NCBI GenBank assembly: GCA_044229145.1
Contig: JBGATO010000026.1
Location: 1 to 51,455, forward strand
Direction of reading: 5' to 3'
Source: Candidatus Eiseniibacteriota bacterium
Lineage (GTDB): Bacteria > Eisenbacteria > RBG-16-71-46 > CAZEPH01
Length of the DNA stretch: 51,455 nt
Shown: positions 10,301 to 20,005 of the stretch, piece by piece
Layout: every line of letters begins with the position of its first letter
How positions within the stretch are numbered: position 1 is the stretch's first letter
Notes under the pieces: model-generated
Database searches by the model: none
What the model was told of the DNA's origin: nothing
What the model saw: only the letters and a program-made list of their open reading frames with translations
Program-made: the position numbers and the translations under genes

Positions 10301-10610
10301 CGAAGCGAAAGCGCGCGGACGATTGCGCACTACCGGCGATCTCGTCGAAGCGATCATCCACGGTGCCGTGAAGCGCGTGCGGCCGAAGGCGATGACGGTG
10401 GCGGCCGCGTTCATGGGCCTGCTGCCGATCATGTGGGCGACCGAGACGGGCTCGGACTTGATGAAGCGCATCGCCGCGCCGATGGTGGGCGGGCTGGTGA
10501 CGTCATTCCTGCTCGAGCTTCTGGTGTATCCGGCAATCTACTATCTGTGGCGCAAGCGCGACGTGGTGGCGGGGCCGGCGTCGCCCGCCGGAGAGCCGGC
10601 GAGCGCGTGA
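7323..10610 (+). CDS. cusA: CusA/CzcA family heavy-metal RND transporter (Cu/Ag type)
   Basis: DALPDLSDTQVIV, EDQVTYP, GSEFMPPL.EG, DPAPFSMMET, RIDMLSTGIRTPVG, KRVRPKAMT; true start ATG 7323 overlaps cusB stop. Confidence 0.95.
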   Translation: MIRAIIRFSAENKYLVIAATLAALAVAFWTMQRIPLDALPDLSDTQVIVYSRWDRSPDIIEDQVTYPIITSLLGAPKVKAIRGFSDFGYSYVYVVFQDGTDIYWARSRVLEYLSKIQSRLPADVKTELGPDATSLGWVFQYALVDKSGRHTNDELRSYQDWFLRYALQSVPGVSEIATVGGQVRQYQITVNPAKLAAYGLPLSAVVNAVRSGNNDVGGRLVEVSGREYMVRGRGYVKSPADLEKLVLKTAGGTPIQVKDVGTVALGPEMRRGIADYNGQGDVVGGIVVMRQGENALQVIDRVKAKLADLQPSLPAGVEVVTTYDRSELIDRAINTVKSKILEEIVIVSCVILLFLWHIPSATVPILTIPVSVALAFIPMYVMGLNVNLLSMAGIAISIGVLVDGAIIEVENAYNKIHRWHADGKPGDFHQVRLEALLEVGPSVFFSLLVIAVAFMPVFTLVDQEGRLFKPLAYSKNLAMAIAALLAITFNPATRMLFARSEPFTFRPRWLAWLLTQLFVGRYHAEEAHPISRVLHRVYEGPCRFVVKHARATVIASVLLVLSAIPVYLSLGSEFMPPLQEGSLLYMPSAVQPGMSVAEAQKALQVQDKLLLTFPEVERIFGKAGRADTPTDPAPFSMMETTILLKPESQWRERHRWYSSWAPEWLKRPLRSFWRDRITEEQLVDEMNAALQLPGISNAWTMPIKARIDMLSTGIRTPVGIKISGASLDEIQKVALSIESRLQKVPGTRSVYAERVAGGYFLDYVLDRDKLARHGLSVDDANMMVMTAVGGDNQTTTVEGRERYGVNVRYARDFREDLDALRRVLLPLPNGQGQIPMSEIADVRLVEGPSMIRDENGLLSGYVYVDFDVTKTDVGRYVDHAKHAVARDVKIPTGYAVTWSGQYENMIRVKERLKFIVPLTLLLIFGLLYLNTKSAFKAGIVMLAVPFSMIGAIWLLWALHYNVSIAVWVGMIALAGLDAETGVFMLLFLDLAHDEAKARGRLRTTGDLVEAIIHGAVKRVRPKAMTVAAAFMGLLPIMWATETGSDLMKRIAAPMVGGLVTSFLLELLVYPAIYYLWRKRDVVAGPASPAGEPASA

Positions 10611-10886
10611 GTCGAGTGATGCGCGTGGGCGGGAGGTCGGTACGTCGCGGACCGGTCTCCCGCACGAGCGCCGAAGGCTAACAGTGGCAATATGTTACGC
10701 AACTTTCCGAGAGTCGGCCGGGCATTCGCAAATTCTTCCCACTACGCCCATTTTCTACTTTGTTCTTTGCGCGAACATAGTCTAGACTCTGAAAAGAGTC
10801 GAACGGTGTGCGCCGCCACGGGGGCGTGCGCGGCGCCGATTCGCGATGGCCCTCCGACCGCGAGGGCGCCAGGGAGGTTCGAGCCA

Positions 10887-11555
10887 ATGATCCGTCGTGC
10901 TAGCAGCGCAGTGGTGCTCGCGGCTGTCGCCTTGTTCGCGGGCAGCGCCTTCGCCGTCACCAACGTCACCGTCAATCCGGCCACCATCACCAACGGCTAC
11001 ATGAACGTCTCCGAGATTCCGGCCAACGGCGGCGCGTTCCTGTGGGGCAGCCCGTGGGGCTTCGGTGACCTCAACGCCTCGTTCTCGGGCAGCACATTCA
11101 AGATGACGCCGAACACCATCGGCGACCCGGACCCGTACTGGTACATCGGCGGCGGTGGCCCGGGCGCGCAGGGCAACAAGACGATGGACGCGGTGGCCTA
11201 CGCCGAGGACAACGTCGGCACGTACGCCGGCCAGACGGTCGTCTTCATGGGTCACGTCGTGAACAACAACCTTGCCGCGTCGCACAGCGTGGTGGCGTTC
11301 ATCAAGGACTTCGCGCCGGACTTCTCGTCGGTCAACACGGTGACGGTGCCGGTGCCGGCCGCGGGTTCGAGCTTCTCGATCGCCCTCAACACGATCAACG
11401 ACCCGGCGCGCCACGTGCAGTACGGCTTCGAGATGGTCGGCCCGTGCGTGTGGTGGACGGACGTCGCGGCGTACGGCGACATCCAGGTCAACCCGGAGAC
11501 GCCGGTGGCGTCGAAGCCGGCGACGTGGGGCAGCGTGAAGGCGCTCTTCCGCTAA
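10887..11555 (+). CDS. Secreted beta-rich protein with C-terminal TWG tag
   Basis: GGAGG RBS, signal peptide ending AFA, C-terminus PVASKPATWGSVKALFR. Confidence 0.85.
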   Translation: MIRRASSAVVLAAVALFAGSAFAVTNVTVNPATITNGYMNVSEIPANGGAFLWGSPWGFGDLNASFSGSTFKMTPNTIGDPDPYWYIGGGGPGAQGNKTMDAVAYAEDNVGTYAGQTVVFMGHVVNNNLAASHSVVAFIKDFAPDFSSVNTVTVPVPAAGSSFSIALNTINDPARHVQYGFEMVGPCVWWTDVAAYGDIQVNPETPVASKPATWGSVKALFR

Positions 11556-11581
11556 ACGCCGCACATCGCAGCGCAACGACG

Positions 11582-11610
11582 GCGGCTCCCTCGCGAGAGG
11601 GGGCCGCTTT
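11582..11610 (+). terminator. Intrinsic terminator hairpin
   Basis: GCGGCTCCCTC-GCGA-GAGGGGGCCGC then TTT. Confidence 0.65.
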
Positions 11611-11696
11611 CGCCTGGCTGCAAGGATTTCCCCGGCGGCACGGCGTTTCGTTTGGTGGCGCTGGGGCCGGGCGCTGCGAGTGACGATGGGTTCCTG

Positions 11697-14180
11697 GTGA
11701 ACCATCTCCTTGCACACCGGCTCGCGGCACTCGCGGCGGTGGTCGCGCTGGCCCCCGCGGCGCACGCCGGCGCCGTCCGCGACCTCGGCCCGCGCCGCGT
11801 CTCCTGGGACGCCAAGCTGCGCCGCGCGCACGCCTCGGCCGGCCGCCTCGCGCTCGCCGCGCCGCGACCCGGCGACGTGCCGGCCGGCGTCGCGTGGACC
11901 TCGCTCGGCCCCAAGCCGATCGCCAACTTGTACAACCCGGACGGCACCGGCCCGTACGACGCCAGCGGCCGCGTGCGGTCGATCGCCGTCGATCCGCGCA
12001 ATGGCGACGTCGCGTACATCGCCGCCGCGCAAGGCGGCGTGTGGAAGACCAGCGACGGCGGCGCGACCTGGGCGCCGCTCACCGACCATCTCAGCTCGCT
12101 CGCCTCCGGCGCAGTGACGCTCGACCCGTCGAACCCGGACGTCGTCTACTACGGCACTGGCGAGATGAGCGAGTGCGACGACTGCTTCGCCGGCGATGGC
12201 TTGTTCAAATCCACCGATGCGGGCGCGACGTGGACGAAGCTCGCCGACGCGTCGCAAGTCGGCTGGTTCATCTCCCGCGTCGCCGTGCAGCCCGGGCATT
12301 CCGCGACGCTGCTGGTCGCCGACGAATACGGCATGGCGCGCACCGGCGATGGCGGCAAATCGTGGGGTTTCATCGCCGCGCCGGGCCGCGTCACCGACCT
12401 CGCATTCGATCCGGTGACAGCGGCGACGGTATACGCGGCGGTGGAATCCACCGGCATCTACAAGTCGCTCGACGCGGGCCTCACGTGGTCGCTGTTGCAA
12501 GGTGGCGTGCCGGCGAGCGGCTTCGGCGTCGTCAACTTCGCGATCGCCCCGAACGCGCCGCAGATCCTGTACGCGAGCTTCATCACGTCGAGCGCGTCGG
12601 CGGCCACCGACGGCCATCTCTACGGCATGTACCGCTCGTCGAACGGCGGCACGTCGTGGTCGAAACTCACGGCGACGCCGGACTACGTGGCGCAGATCAC
12701 CGGCGCGCCGGCCAAGGGCTGGTACGACAACTGCCTGGTGGTCGACCCGACATCCTCGGCCACCGTGTACGCGGGCGGCGCGGCGCCGCAGAATCCGGCG
12801 CTCGGGCTGATTCGCTCGACGACGTCGGGCGCGTCGTGGACCGGCGTCGCGGTGGACGTCACCGGCCAGGAGTTGCACAGCGCGCACCACGCGCTCGCCT
12901 TCGGGCCGGACCGCCGATTGTGGGACGGCAACGACGGCGGCGTGTGGACCACCACCGACGGCGGCGCGCATTGGTCGAACCGCAACGCCGGCCTCGCGCT
13001 CGTCATGTGCAACGCGCTCGCCCTGCATCCGTCGAACGCCAACGTGATCCTCGTCGGCTCGCAATCCACCGGCAGCGTGCTGACGACGAACGCGGGCGTC
13101 TCGTGGTCGATGATCGATGGCGGCAACGGCGGCGCCTGCGCGATCGACCCGCAGATCTACACCACGAGCTACTGGTGCAGCGGCCCGGCGCTGTCGTTCG
13201 TGGATCGCATCACCACCGGCGACACATCGTGGGTATGGACGAACGACGGCGAACCGGCGCAATTGGCGAACGCGCCGCTGGTCCTCGACCCGAACTACGC
13301 CGGCACCGTCTACGCGGGCACCTGCCGCGTGTGGTTCACCATCGACGACGGCGCGTTCTGGTGGCCGAGCGATCAACTCACGAGCGGCGCCGACGGCGTG
13401 ATCGGCGCGCTGGCGCTCGGCGTCGGCGCGCCGCATCCGTTGTACGCGGCCACCAGCGAAGGGCTGGTGTGGCGCATCGACGACAACAGCGGCGGCTGGG
13501 TGTTGCGCGCGGCCGGGCTGCCGGACGCCTCGTGGCGCGCGTTGGCGGTGAATCCGGCGGCGTGGCAATCGGTGTACGTCGCCGCCGAGTGGTCCGCGAA
13601 CGGTGTGGTGTGGGCGTCCAGCAACGGCGGCCAATCGTGGACGGATGTCAGCGGCGACTTTCCGGCGGGCCACGGCGCGTTCGCGCTCGCGGTGGACTGG
13701 CGCACCGTGCCGGCGACCCTGTACCTCGGCGCCGACACCGGCGTGTTCGTGTCGACCACCGGCGGCGCGCACTGGACGCAGGCGACGAGCGGTTTGCCGA
13801 ACTGTGCGGTATACGGCCTCGCGCTCGACACCACGAACAACTGGCTCGTCGCGGCGACGCACGGCCGCGGCGTGTGGCGCGCGGCGGTGCCGCTCGGCAG
13901 TGCGGTGCGTGGTGGCGATGGCGTGCCCGACGCGCATGCAGGCTGGTCGTTCGACGCGACGGGCGCGCGCCTCGCGTTCACGGCGCCGGCGGCGATGCAC
14001 GTTGCGGTCGATCTGTTCGACGTGCGTGGCGCGCACGTCGCGTCGCTGCTGCAGGAAACGGTGGCGGCGGGCCCGCATCGCCTCACCCTGCCCGCCGTGA
14101 CGCCGAGCGGCGTCTACTTCGCCGTGCTGCGCGCCGCGGACGGCACGCATCTGACGCGGCGTGTGGCGCGCCTGCGTTAG
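11697..14180 (+). CDS. Secreted BNR/Asp-box double beta-propeller (VPS10/GH74-like) with FlgD/T9SS-like CTD
   Basis: Repeated S.DGG.[TS]W motifs, SGRV.SIAVDP, AATHGRGVW, C-terminal LFDVRG...SGVYF; start codon uncertain. Confidence 0.85.
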   Translation: MNHLLAHRLAALAAVVALAPAAHAGAVRDLGPRRVSWDAKLRRAHASAGRLALAAPRPGDVPAGVAWTSLGPKPIANLYNPDGTGPYDASGRVRSIAVDPRNGDVAYIAAAQGGVWKTSDGGATWAPLTDHLSSLASGAVTLDPSNPDVVYYGTGEMSECDDCFAGDGLFKSTDAGATWTKLADASQVGWFISRVAVQPGHSATLLVADEYGMARTGDGGKSWGFIAAPGRVTDLAFDPVTAATVYAAVESTGIYKSLDAGLTWSLLQGGVPASGFGVVNFAIAPNAPQILYASFITSSASAATDGHLYGMYRSSNGGTSWSKLTATPDYVAQITGAPAKGWYDNCLVVDPTSSATVYAGGAAPQNPALGLIRSTTSGASWTGVAVDVTGQELHSAHHALAFGPDRRLWDGNDGGVWTTTDGGAHWSNRNAGLALVMCNALALHPSNANVILVGSQSTGSVLTTNAGVSWSMIDGGNGGACAIDPQIYTTSYWCSGPALSFVDRITTGDTSWVWTNDGEPAQLANAPLVLDPNYAGTVYAGTCRVWFTIDDGAFWWPSDQLTSGADGVIGALALGVGAPHPLYAATSEGLVWRIDDNSGGWVLRAAGLPDASWRALAVNPAAWQSVYVAAEWSANGVVWASSNGGQSWTDVSGDFPAGHGAFALAVDWRTVPATLYLGADTGVFVSTTGGAHWTQATSGLPNCAVYGLALDTTNNWLVAATHGRGVWRAAVPLGSAVRGGDGVPDAHAGWSFDATGARLAFTAPAAMHVAVDLFDVRGAHVASLLQETVAAGPHRLTLPAVTPSGVYFAVLRAADGTHLTRRVARLR

Positions 14181-14201
14181 CTGCATCCTGCGAGAGACCA
14201 G

Positions 14202-14236
14202 ACGGCCCCCGCCGCGCAACCGGCGGGGGCCGTTTT
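14202..14236 (+). terminator. Intrinsic terminator
   Basis: 13-bp stem ACGGCCCCCGCCG/CGGCGGGGGCCGT followed by T-run. Confidence 0.75.
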
Positions 14237-14364
14237 GCTGCCAAAGGCGATGTCGCGGTGCGGGCAACTTCGCGTACACTGAAGAGGATATTCGGCGCCG
14301 TGCTCCCGGCGCGCGCCGTCGTGTCCACGCACCGGGTGCCGTGCGCGGCACCCCAGGAGATCGC

Positions 14365-14961
14365 ATGCGTCGCATCCTCTCGCTCACCGCTTTGTGTCTC
14401 GTCGCGTTCGCGTCGCTGGCGGCCGCCCAGGGCTTCAACTGGGGCGGCACCGCGCACCTCAGTTGGAACCGCGACACCACCGTGCCCACCCTCAGCAGCC
14501 CGTGTGGCGTGCCGCGTCTCTACGTGCGCGTGGCCGACATCCACGAGGTGAAGGGCGTCGAGTTCGGCCTCACGTGGACGCCGCGTGAAAGCGACGCCGC
14601 GTTCACGCTCGGTGGCGCCAGCTTCCCGACCGCGCCGTGGGGCAGCTGCGCGTGGCTGGCGCGCGACACCGTCGTCACCATCGTCACCGAGCCCGACACC
14701 TCGGGCTGGCGCTACTCGGTGGCGACCGCGTGGAGCGGACTCGAACTGGCGTGCGGTGCGGGGGCGGTGGCGCAGTTGCCGGTGTTCTTCGATGACGGCT
14801 GCGCGACGACGCCGATCCACTTCACGCTCGCGTACTGCCGCGTCATCGACCACCAGAGCCGCGTCAACGAGATGACCGTGACGGGCGGCGCGGACATCGA
14901 GATCCTGCCGACGGCCACGGCGCCATCGACGTGGGGGAGCATCAAGTCGCTGTATCGGTAG
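14365..14961 (+). CDS. Secreted beta-sandwich (cohesin-like?) protein with C-terminal TWG tag
   Basis: AGGAG RBS, signal peptide, paired Cys, C-terminus PTATAPSTWGSIKSLYR. Confidence 0.8.
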   Translation: MRRILSLTALCLVAFASLAAAQGFNWGGTAHLSWNRDTTVPTLSSPCGVPRLYVRVADIHEVKGVEFGLTWTPRESDAAFTLGGASFPTAPWGSCAWLARDTVVTIVTEPDTSGWRYSVATAWSGLELACGAGAVAQLPVFFDDGCATTPIHFTLAYCRVIDHQSRVNEMTVTGGADIEILPTATAPSTWGSIKSLYR

Positions 14962-14993
14962 CGTTCTGTCGCGATGTCGCGAGGGCGGATAGC

Positions 14994-17654
14994 ATGAGTC
15001 GTCGAGTGGGCGGCGGCACGCGCGGCACGCGGCGCTTCGTGGCGTTCGCGTTCGCGGCGTCGCTGTCCTTCGCCGCGGCGCCGGTGCAGGCGGCGAGTTC
15101 GGGCACGCTCTCGTGCATGCCGCGGCCGTCGCGGAGGCCATCGGTGGCGCTGCCGGCTGCCGCGGCGCCGCAGGGCACACTCCACGATGGACTGTGGTGC
15201 AGCCTGGATGCCACGCCACCGGAAGGTCTGGCCGCCTGCGTCGCGATTCGCGACACGCGCCGCGAGCGCACCGTCGTGTACGACGCGACGAACGCGTGCC
15301 TCTGGGAATTGACGGCGGGCGACCCAGCACGCTGGGCGCGCATCGATGCACGCGGCGCCTGGCCCTCGCCGCGCACCGACGAATCGGTGGCGTACGACGC
15401 GGCGAACGACCGCATGTTGATGTTCGGTGGCCGGGTCGATCCGAGCGGCGCGCCCTTCCACGGCTGGCGCGAACTGTCCGCAGAACTGTGGGCGCTCGAG
15501 TTCTCGCCGGAGCCGCGCTGGACGCTGCTCGCGGACGACGCGGCGTCAGGGGGCAGCACACTTGCCCGCGCCAGCGCGGCGTTCGCGGTCGATGCCGTGG
15601 GGAATCGCGTGATCGTCTGCGGCGGGCAACACACCTACGAGGCTGCCAGCGATGTGTGGGCCTTTGGCTGGGCGGACGCGGGCGCCGGATGGCAGGCGCT
15701 GGCTCCCGCGGGCACGTTGAACGCCCGGTTGTTCGCGCCGTCCGCAGTATTCGACGACGTGCGCCGCCGGCTTCTCGCCATCGGGTATACCGGCTTCTCG
15801 CCCAACGCGGACGTGTGGAGCCTCGAGCTTTCCGAGGCGGTACCACGCTGGCGTCAATTGACCACCGCGCCCCCGCGGCCGGCCTACGCCTTCTATCCGT
15901 ACTGGGCCACCTGGGATTCGCGTCATGACCGCCTTCTGGCGTTCAACGGCGGCGGATCATCGAGCTACTACTCCGCGCCGGACGGCGTGTGGGCGTGGAC
16001 TCCGGCGGACAGCTCGCGGTGGACGACCGTGTCGGCGGCCGGGGACTCACCGCCGTTTCGGGTGTGCAGCGCGCTGGTTTGGGACGCGCCGCGCCATGCG
16101 TGCGTCGCAGTGGACGGCGACGCGATGGAGGCGTGGGCGTTCGATCCCGATGCGCGGACGTGGCGGCAACTCGTCGGCGTGACCACGACGGTGCCAGCCG
16201 ACGGGCTCGCCTCGATGCTATACATGGCGGGGCGCGATCAGTTCGTGACCTGGCGCGGTGCGTGGCGGCGGAAGCCGGGACGGGACGCGGTGTGGTCGCC
16301 GTTCCCGACCCGCGGATCCGGTCCGCGCTCCGCCGACGGAAGCAGCGCGGCGTACGACACGCGGCGCGATCGCGCGATCGTCTTCGGGGGTGAACTCAAC
16401 CTCGGGAACGGCGAGTACAGCTACTTGAAGGATCTCTGGTCGGTGTCGCTCGCCGCGCCTGGAGCGTCGTGGACGAAGATGGCGCCACTCGGTGACGGGC
16501 CGCCGGGCGGCGACGCGTCGTCCGTCATCTACGATCCGGAGCGCGATCGTCTCATCGTGTTTGGCGGGCTCGGCAACTGGACGGACGACACGTGGGAACT
16601 CTCGCTCGCCGATCCGCCGCGCTGGGCGAAGTTGACGACCCACGTGCGGGCACCGTACCGGTTCGATGCGACGGCGGTCTACGACGCGCCGCGGCGCCGC
16701 ATGCTAATCGTCGGCGGCGCCGATGGCGACTGGGCGACGAGCAATCAGATTTGGGCTCTGTCACTCGACGACACGGTGGGGTGGAGCCAGTTGCCGGCGG
16801 GGGAAAGCGCGCCGCGTCCGCGCGCCGCGGCGGCGGTGGCGTTCGATGCGGTGCGGGATCGCCTGCTCGTGTGGGCGGGCACCGCTGGCAGCGACTTGCT
16901 CGATGATCTGTGGGAGTACTCGTTGGCGCCTGGCGGCGGGTGGCGCCGGCTGATGCCGTTGGGCGCCGCGCCCGCTCACCGCATCTTCGCGTCCGCGGTG
17001 TTCGATCCGCGGGACGACTGCCTGATGCTCTACGGCGGCGAGTCAGGTGAGGATTTCGAAGGCCGGACGTTCTTCTCGGCGCATCCGCGCCTCTCGGCGC
17101 TCTACTTCGACGGGCCGTTCGACCTCGCGCCATCAGTGGAGCGCGACGGGGCGAACGTCCGGGTGCGCTGGCACGTGCAGCGTGGCGCCGCACGGCACGC
17201 GACCGTCTGGCGGCAGGGCGGGGTGGGAGGCGCGGTGGCGCTCGGCGCCGCGGCGCGGCTCGACGACACCACGTTCGCGGCGATCGACACCGAGGCGGAG
17301 CCCGGGCAGTCGTACACCTACACGCTGCGGCGCGAGAATCCAGCGGACACCTGCGCCTATGGTGCGGTCGCCGTGCACGTGCCGCCGGTGATGCTGGGCG
17401 TCCGGGTGCCGGCGGCGCGCCGTGGCGCGACCCTCGAGTGTGTGGTGACACTCGCGGCGCCAGGCGCGGCGGCCTTCGACATCGTCGATGCGCGCGGCCG
17501 CAGCCTCGCCCACGAAGAGCTGTCCGGCGGGCGGCCCGGTGCGCGCACGGTGCGTGTCGAGGGTTCGGCACGGTGGCCGCGCGGGGTGTACGTGGCGCGC
17601 GTCTCGCAGGCGGGGCAGACGTCGCCGCCGGCGCGATTCCTCCTGGCGCCCTAG
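14994..17654 (+). CDS. Secreted Kelch-repeat protein with degenerate FlgD/T9SS-like CTD
   Basis: Repeated YD..RDR...FGG...D.W.L units; C-terminal IVDARGR...RGVYVARV. Confidence 0.82.
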   Translation: MSRRVGGGTRGTRRFVAFAFAASLSFAAAPVQAASSGTLSCMPRPSRRPSVALPAAAAPQGTLHDGLWCSLDATPPEGLAACVAIRDTRRERTVVYDATNACLWELTAGDPARWARIDARGAWPSPRTDESVAYDAANDRMLMFGGRVDPSGAPFHGWRELSAELWALEFSPEPRWTLLADDAASGGSTLARASAAFAVDAVGNRVIVCGGQHTYEAASDVWAFGWADAGAGWQALAPAGTLNARLFAPSAVFDDVRRRLLAIGYTGFSPNADVWSLELSEAVPRWRQLTTAPPRPAYAFYPYWATWDSRHDRLLAFNGGGSSSYYSAPDGVWAWTPADSSRWTTVSAAGDSPPFRVCSALVWDAPRHACVAVDGDAMEAWAFDPDARTWRQLVGVTTTVPADGLASMLYMAGRDQFVTWRGAWRRKPGRDAVWSPFPTRGSGPRSADGSSAAYDTRRDRAIVFGGELNLGNGEYSYLKDLWSVSLAAPGASWTKMAPLGDGPPGGDASSVIYDPERDRLIVFGGLGNWTDDTWELSLADPPRWAKLTTHVRAPYRFDATAVYDAPRRRMLIVGGADGDWATSNQIWALSLDDTVGWSQLPAGESAPRPRAAAAVAFDAVRDRLLVWAGTAGSDLLDDLWEYSLAPGGGWRRLMPLGAAPAHRIFASAVFDPRDDCLMLYGGESGEDFEGRTFFSAHPRLSALYFDGPFDLAPSVERDGANVRVRWHVQRGAARHATVWRQGGVGGAVALGAAARLDDTTFAAIDTEAEPGQSYTYTLRRENPADTCAYGAVAVHVPPVMLGVRVPAARRGATLECVVTLAAPGAAAFDIVDARGRSLAHEELSGGRPGARTVRVEGSARWPRGVYVARVSQAGQTSPPARFLLAP

Positions 17655-17822
17655 CGTCGCCTCGCTGCACGCGGGCGGCTGGATTCGGCGGCCGTCCGTC
17701 GTGTATAGTCGAGTTTCCCCCGCCGTCTCTCTCTCCACATGTCGTCCCCCCTGGTTGGGGCGCCGTTCCCCACGGCGCCCTGGGGTGTGCAGAAGGCAGA
17801 CAGGAGACGAGGAGAGACGTCC

Positions 17823-18626
17823 ATGCACACACGCATCATGGCCGCCGCATGCGCGGCAGTGTTGACGGTCGCGGCGCCGGTGGCGCGCGCGGCATCGCCC
17901 GAGGTGTTCGTGACCGGCGGTGCCGGACTCGGACGCGGCGGCAGTCTCGGCGCCGCGAACGAATGGTACGACGCCGACGGCGTGCAGCTGCGGCGCGAGG
18001 ATCGCTACCCGAGCGCCGGTCAAGGGTCTGCGCTGACTCTGGGCCTCGCGTGGCCGCTGTCGCCGCGCTGGCAGCTGCGCGTCGAGGCGGCGCGCCGCAC
18101 GCCGAACACGCAGACCTACGCGCTCACCGCGCCCGGCGACTACTTCAATCCCGAATACGACGAGACGCTCACCGGCCGCATCGCGCAGACCGGCGTCACC
18201 GTCGTGGTGCGCGATCCGCATCGTGTCTGGACGCCGTACGCCGGCGCCGGCGCGACGCTGGCGTGGATGACCACGCACTCGACGTATCACTTCAATCGCT
18301 ACGGCGATCTCGTGACGGTGCATTGGACGGCGGCGCATCGCGCGGCGATCGGCGTGCACGGCGTCGCGGGTGTGACGTGTCAGGCCGGCGCGCACTGGGC
18401 GCCGTTCGCGGAGGCGGCGTTCGAGCAACTGAGCTTCGCGCGGCGCCGCCTCACGGTGCACGACGCGACGGCGTTCGGCATCGAGATTCCGTTCGACATC
18501 GATCCGTACACCGAGGGCGAGCAGCGCGTGGTGGACTACGTGCAGGACGACATCGCGCACGCGGCGCCGCCGGTGGTGCAGGCGTCCAGCGTGACGCTGC
18601 GTGTCGGGACGGCGTTCCGCTTCTAG
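17823..18626 (+). CDS. Outer-membrane beta-barrel protein (OmpA/OmpW-like)
   Basis: Signal peptide, PYAGAG strand, amphipathic strands, C-terminal LRVGTAFRF BAM signal. Confidence 0.78.
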   Translation: MHTRIMAAACAAVLTVAAPVARAASPEVFVTGGAGLGRGGSLGAANEWYDADGVQLRREDRYPSAGQGSALTLGLAWPLSPRWQLRVEAARRTPNTQTYALTAPGDYFNPEYDETLTGRIAQTGVTVVVRDPHRVWTPYAGAGATLAWMTTHSTYHFNRYGDLVTVHWTAAHRAAIGVHGVAGVTCQAGAHWAPFAEAAFEQLSFARRRLTVHDATAFGIEIPFDIDPYTEGEQRVVDYVQDDIAHAAPPVVQASSVTLRVGTAFRF

Positions 18627-20005
18627 GCGGCGCCGAAGCGGGCGAGGAGGCCGGCGGGGAACACGCCGCCGGCTTCCAGCATCTCGCGCGAGCGGGCCAC
18701 GGCGGCGGCGATGCCGGCCGCGTCGCGCGGCAACTGCAAGCGCGGCGCGCCGCCGTTGGCCTGCGTGCCGCGCAGCAGCGTGTCGCGCGTGGCCGTGTCG
18801 AGCGCCGCACCGGCACACGCCGTCTGCGCGATGCCGGCGAGTAGCAGATGCGGATGCGCCGAACCGTCCGCGAGCCGGAACTCCACCGTCGGTGTGGCGA
18901 GTGCGACGCCGCGTGCATCCTTCGCCAGGAACGGAATGCGGACCAGCGCGTGACGATTGCTGGCGCCCCACGTCACGCCGGCCGGCGACTCTTTGCCCTG
19001 CGTCAAGCGCACGAAGCTCGCCGGCACGCGATTGCCGAACGCCATGAGCGCGGCGCCGCCGTCGACGAGGCCGGCGACGATCGCCGCCGCGTCGGCGGTG
19101 AGCGCGCCGCCGTCGTCGAGCACGCGATCCGCCGCTGCACCGCGCCGCGCCGAGAGATGCACGTGAAGTCCGCTGCCTGCGTGGCCTGCGCGCACGATCG
19201 GCGCGAACGAACAGCGCCAGCCGGCGCGCGCCGCGAGGTTCTCGAGCACCCACTGCGTCAACACGATGGCGTCCGCCGCCTGCGCCAGCGGCGCCAGTGC
19301 GAGTTCGATCTCGTGCTGCTCCCAGATGTTGCCGTCGCCTTCGCCCGCGGCGATGTGGCCGACTTCGCTGTGACCGTACTTGAGCGGCACGCCCATCGCC
19401 GTGAGGATGGTCATCGCGCGCCGGCGCAACTCTTGGCCGAACACCCACGGGCTCGCGGCGTGGTAGCCGCGATCGGCGCGTTCATCGGCGCCGGCGTGCG
19501 CGGGGCGGCCGAGGAAATACTCGACCTCGCCATGCGCGTCGAGGTCGAAGCCGGCGACCTCGCGCACGCGCTGCGCGGCGCGACGGACGATGGTGTCGGG
19601 CGACTCGGGCAGCGGCGCGCCGTCGCGGCCGAGATGCGCGCAGAGCAGCGCCAGCGTCGGCACCTCGGAGAAGGGATCGAGGAACGCGCTACCGATGCGC
19701 GGCCGCAGCGCGATGTCCGACGCCGCGCCGCGCAGGCCGGTATCGGCGAACAGGCTCGAGCCGTCGGCGCGTTCGCCGCCGTGGAGGATGGCGCGCAGAT
19801 GCGTGAAGTCGCGCGGCACGAAGTCGAGGGTCTTGAGGCGGCCGTCGCCGCCGACGTGCAGCAGGCTCACGACCTGCAGGGCGCGGTCGCGGAAGACGCG
19901 CACCAGATCGTCGGCGGTCCAGGTTTCGCGCGCCGGGCCAAGCTGCGCGGCGAGCGAGTGCGCGTGCACGGCGACGGGGGCGGCGTGATCGAGCGTGGGA
20001 GACAT
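18623..20005 (-). CDS. Glutamine synthetase family (GS-like) protein
   Basis: DGSSLF, EVEYFL, HSEVG, QHEIE, GSGLHVH, NRHALVRIP, VEFRLADG motifs; GAGGG before ATG 20005. Confidence 0.88.
   Translation of the reverse strand: MSPTLDHAAPVAVHAHSLAAQLGPARETWTADDLVRVFRDRALQVVSLLHVGGDGRLKTLDFVPRDFTHLRAILHGGERADGSSLFADTGLRGAASDIALRPRIGSAFLDPFSEVPTLALLCAHLGRDGAPLPESPDTIVRRAAQRVREVAGFDLDAHGEVEYFLGRPAHAGADERADRGYHAASPWVFGQELRRRAMTILTAMGVPLKYGHSEVGHIAAGEGDGNIWEQHEIELALAPLAQAADAIVLTQWVLENLAARAGWRCSFAPIVRAGHAGSGLHVHLSARRGAAADRVLDDGGALTADAAAIVAGLVDGGAALMAFGNRVPASFVRLTQGKESPAGVTWGASNRHALVRIPFLAKDARGVALATPTVEFRLADGSAHPHLLLAGIAQTACAGAALDTATRDTLLRGTQANGGAPRLQLPRDAAGIAAAVARSREMLEAGGVFPAGLLARFGAA

Noticed and set aside
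7289..14489. Very long alternative-frame and antisense ORFs (e.g. 7289-10681, 10782-14489; likewise 25709-28351, 29240-32107)
   Set aside because: Expected shadows of GC-rich coding sequence; Arg/Ala-rich with no motifs, overlapping well-supported genes.
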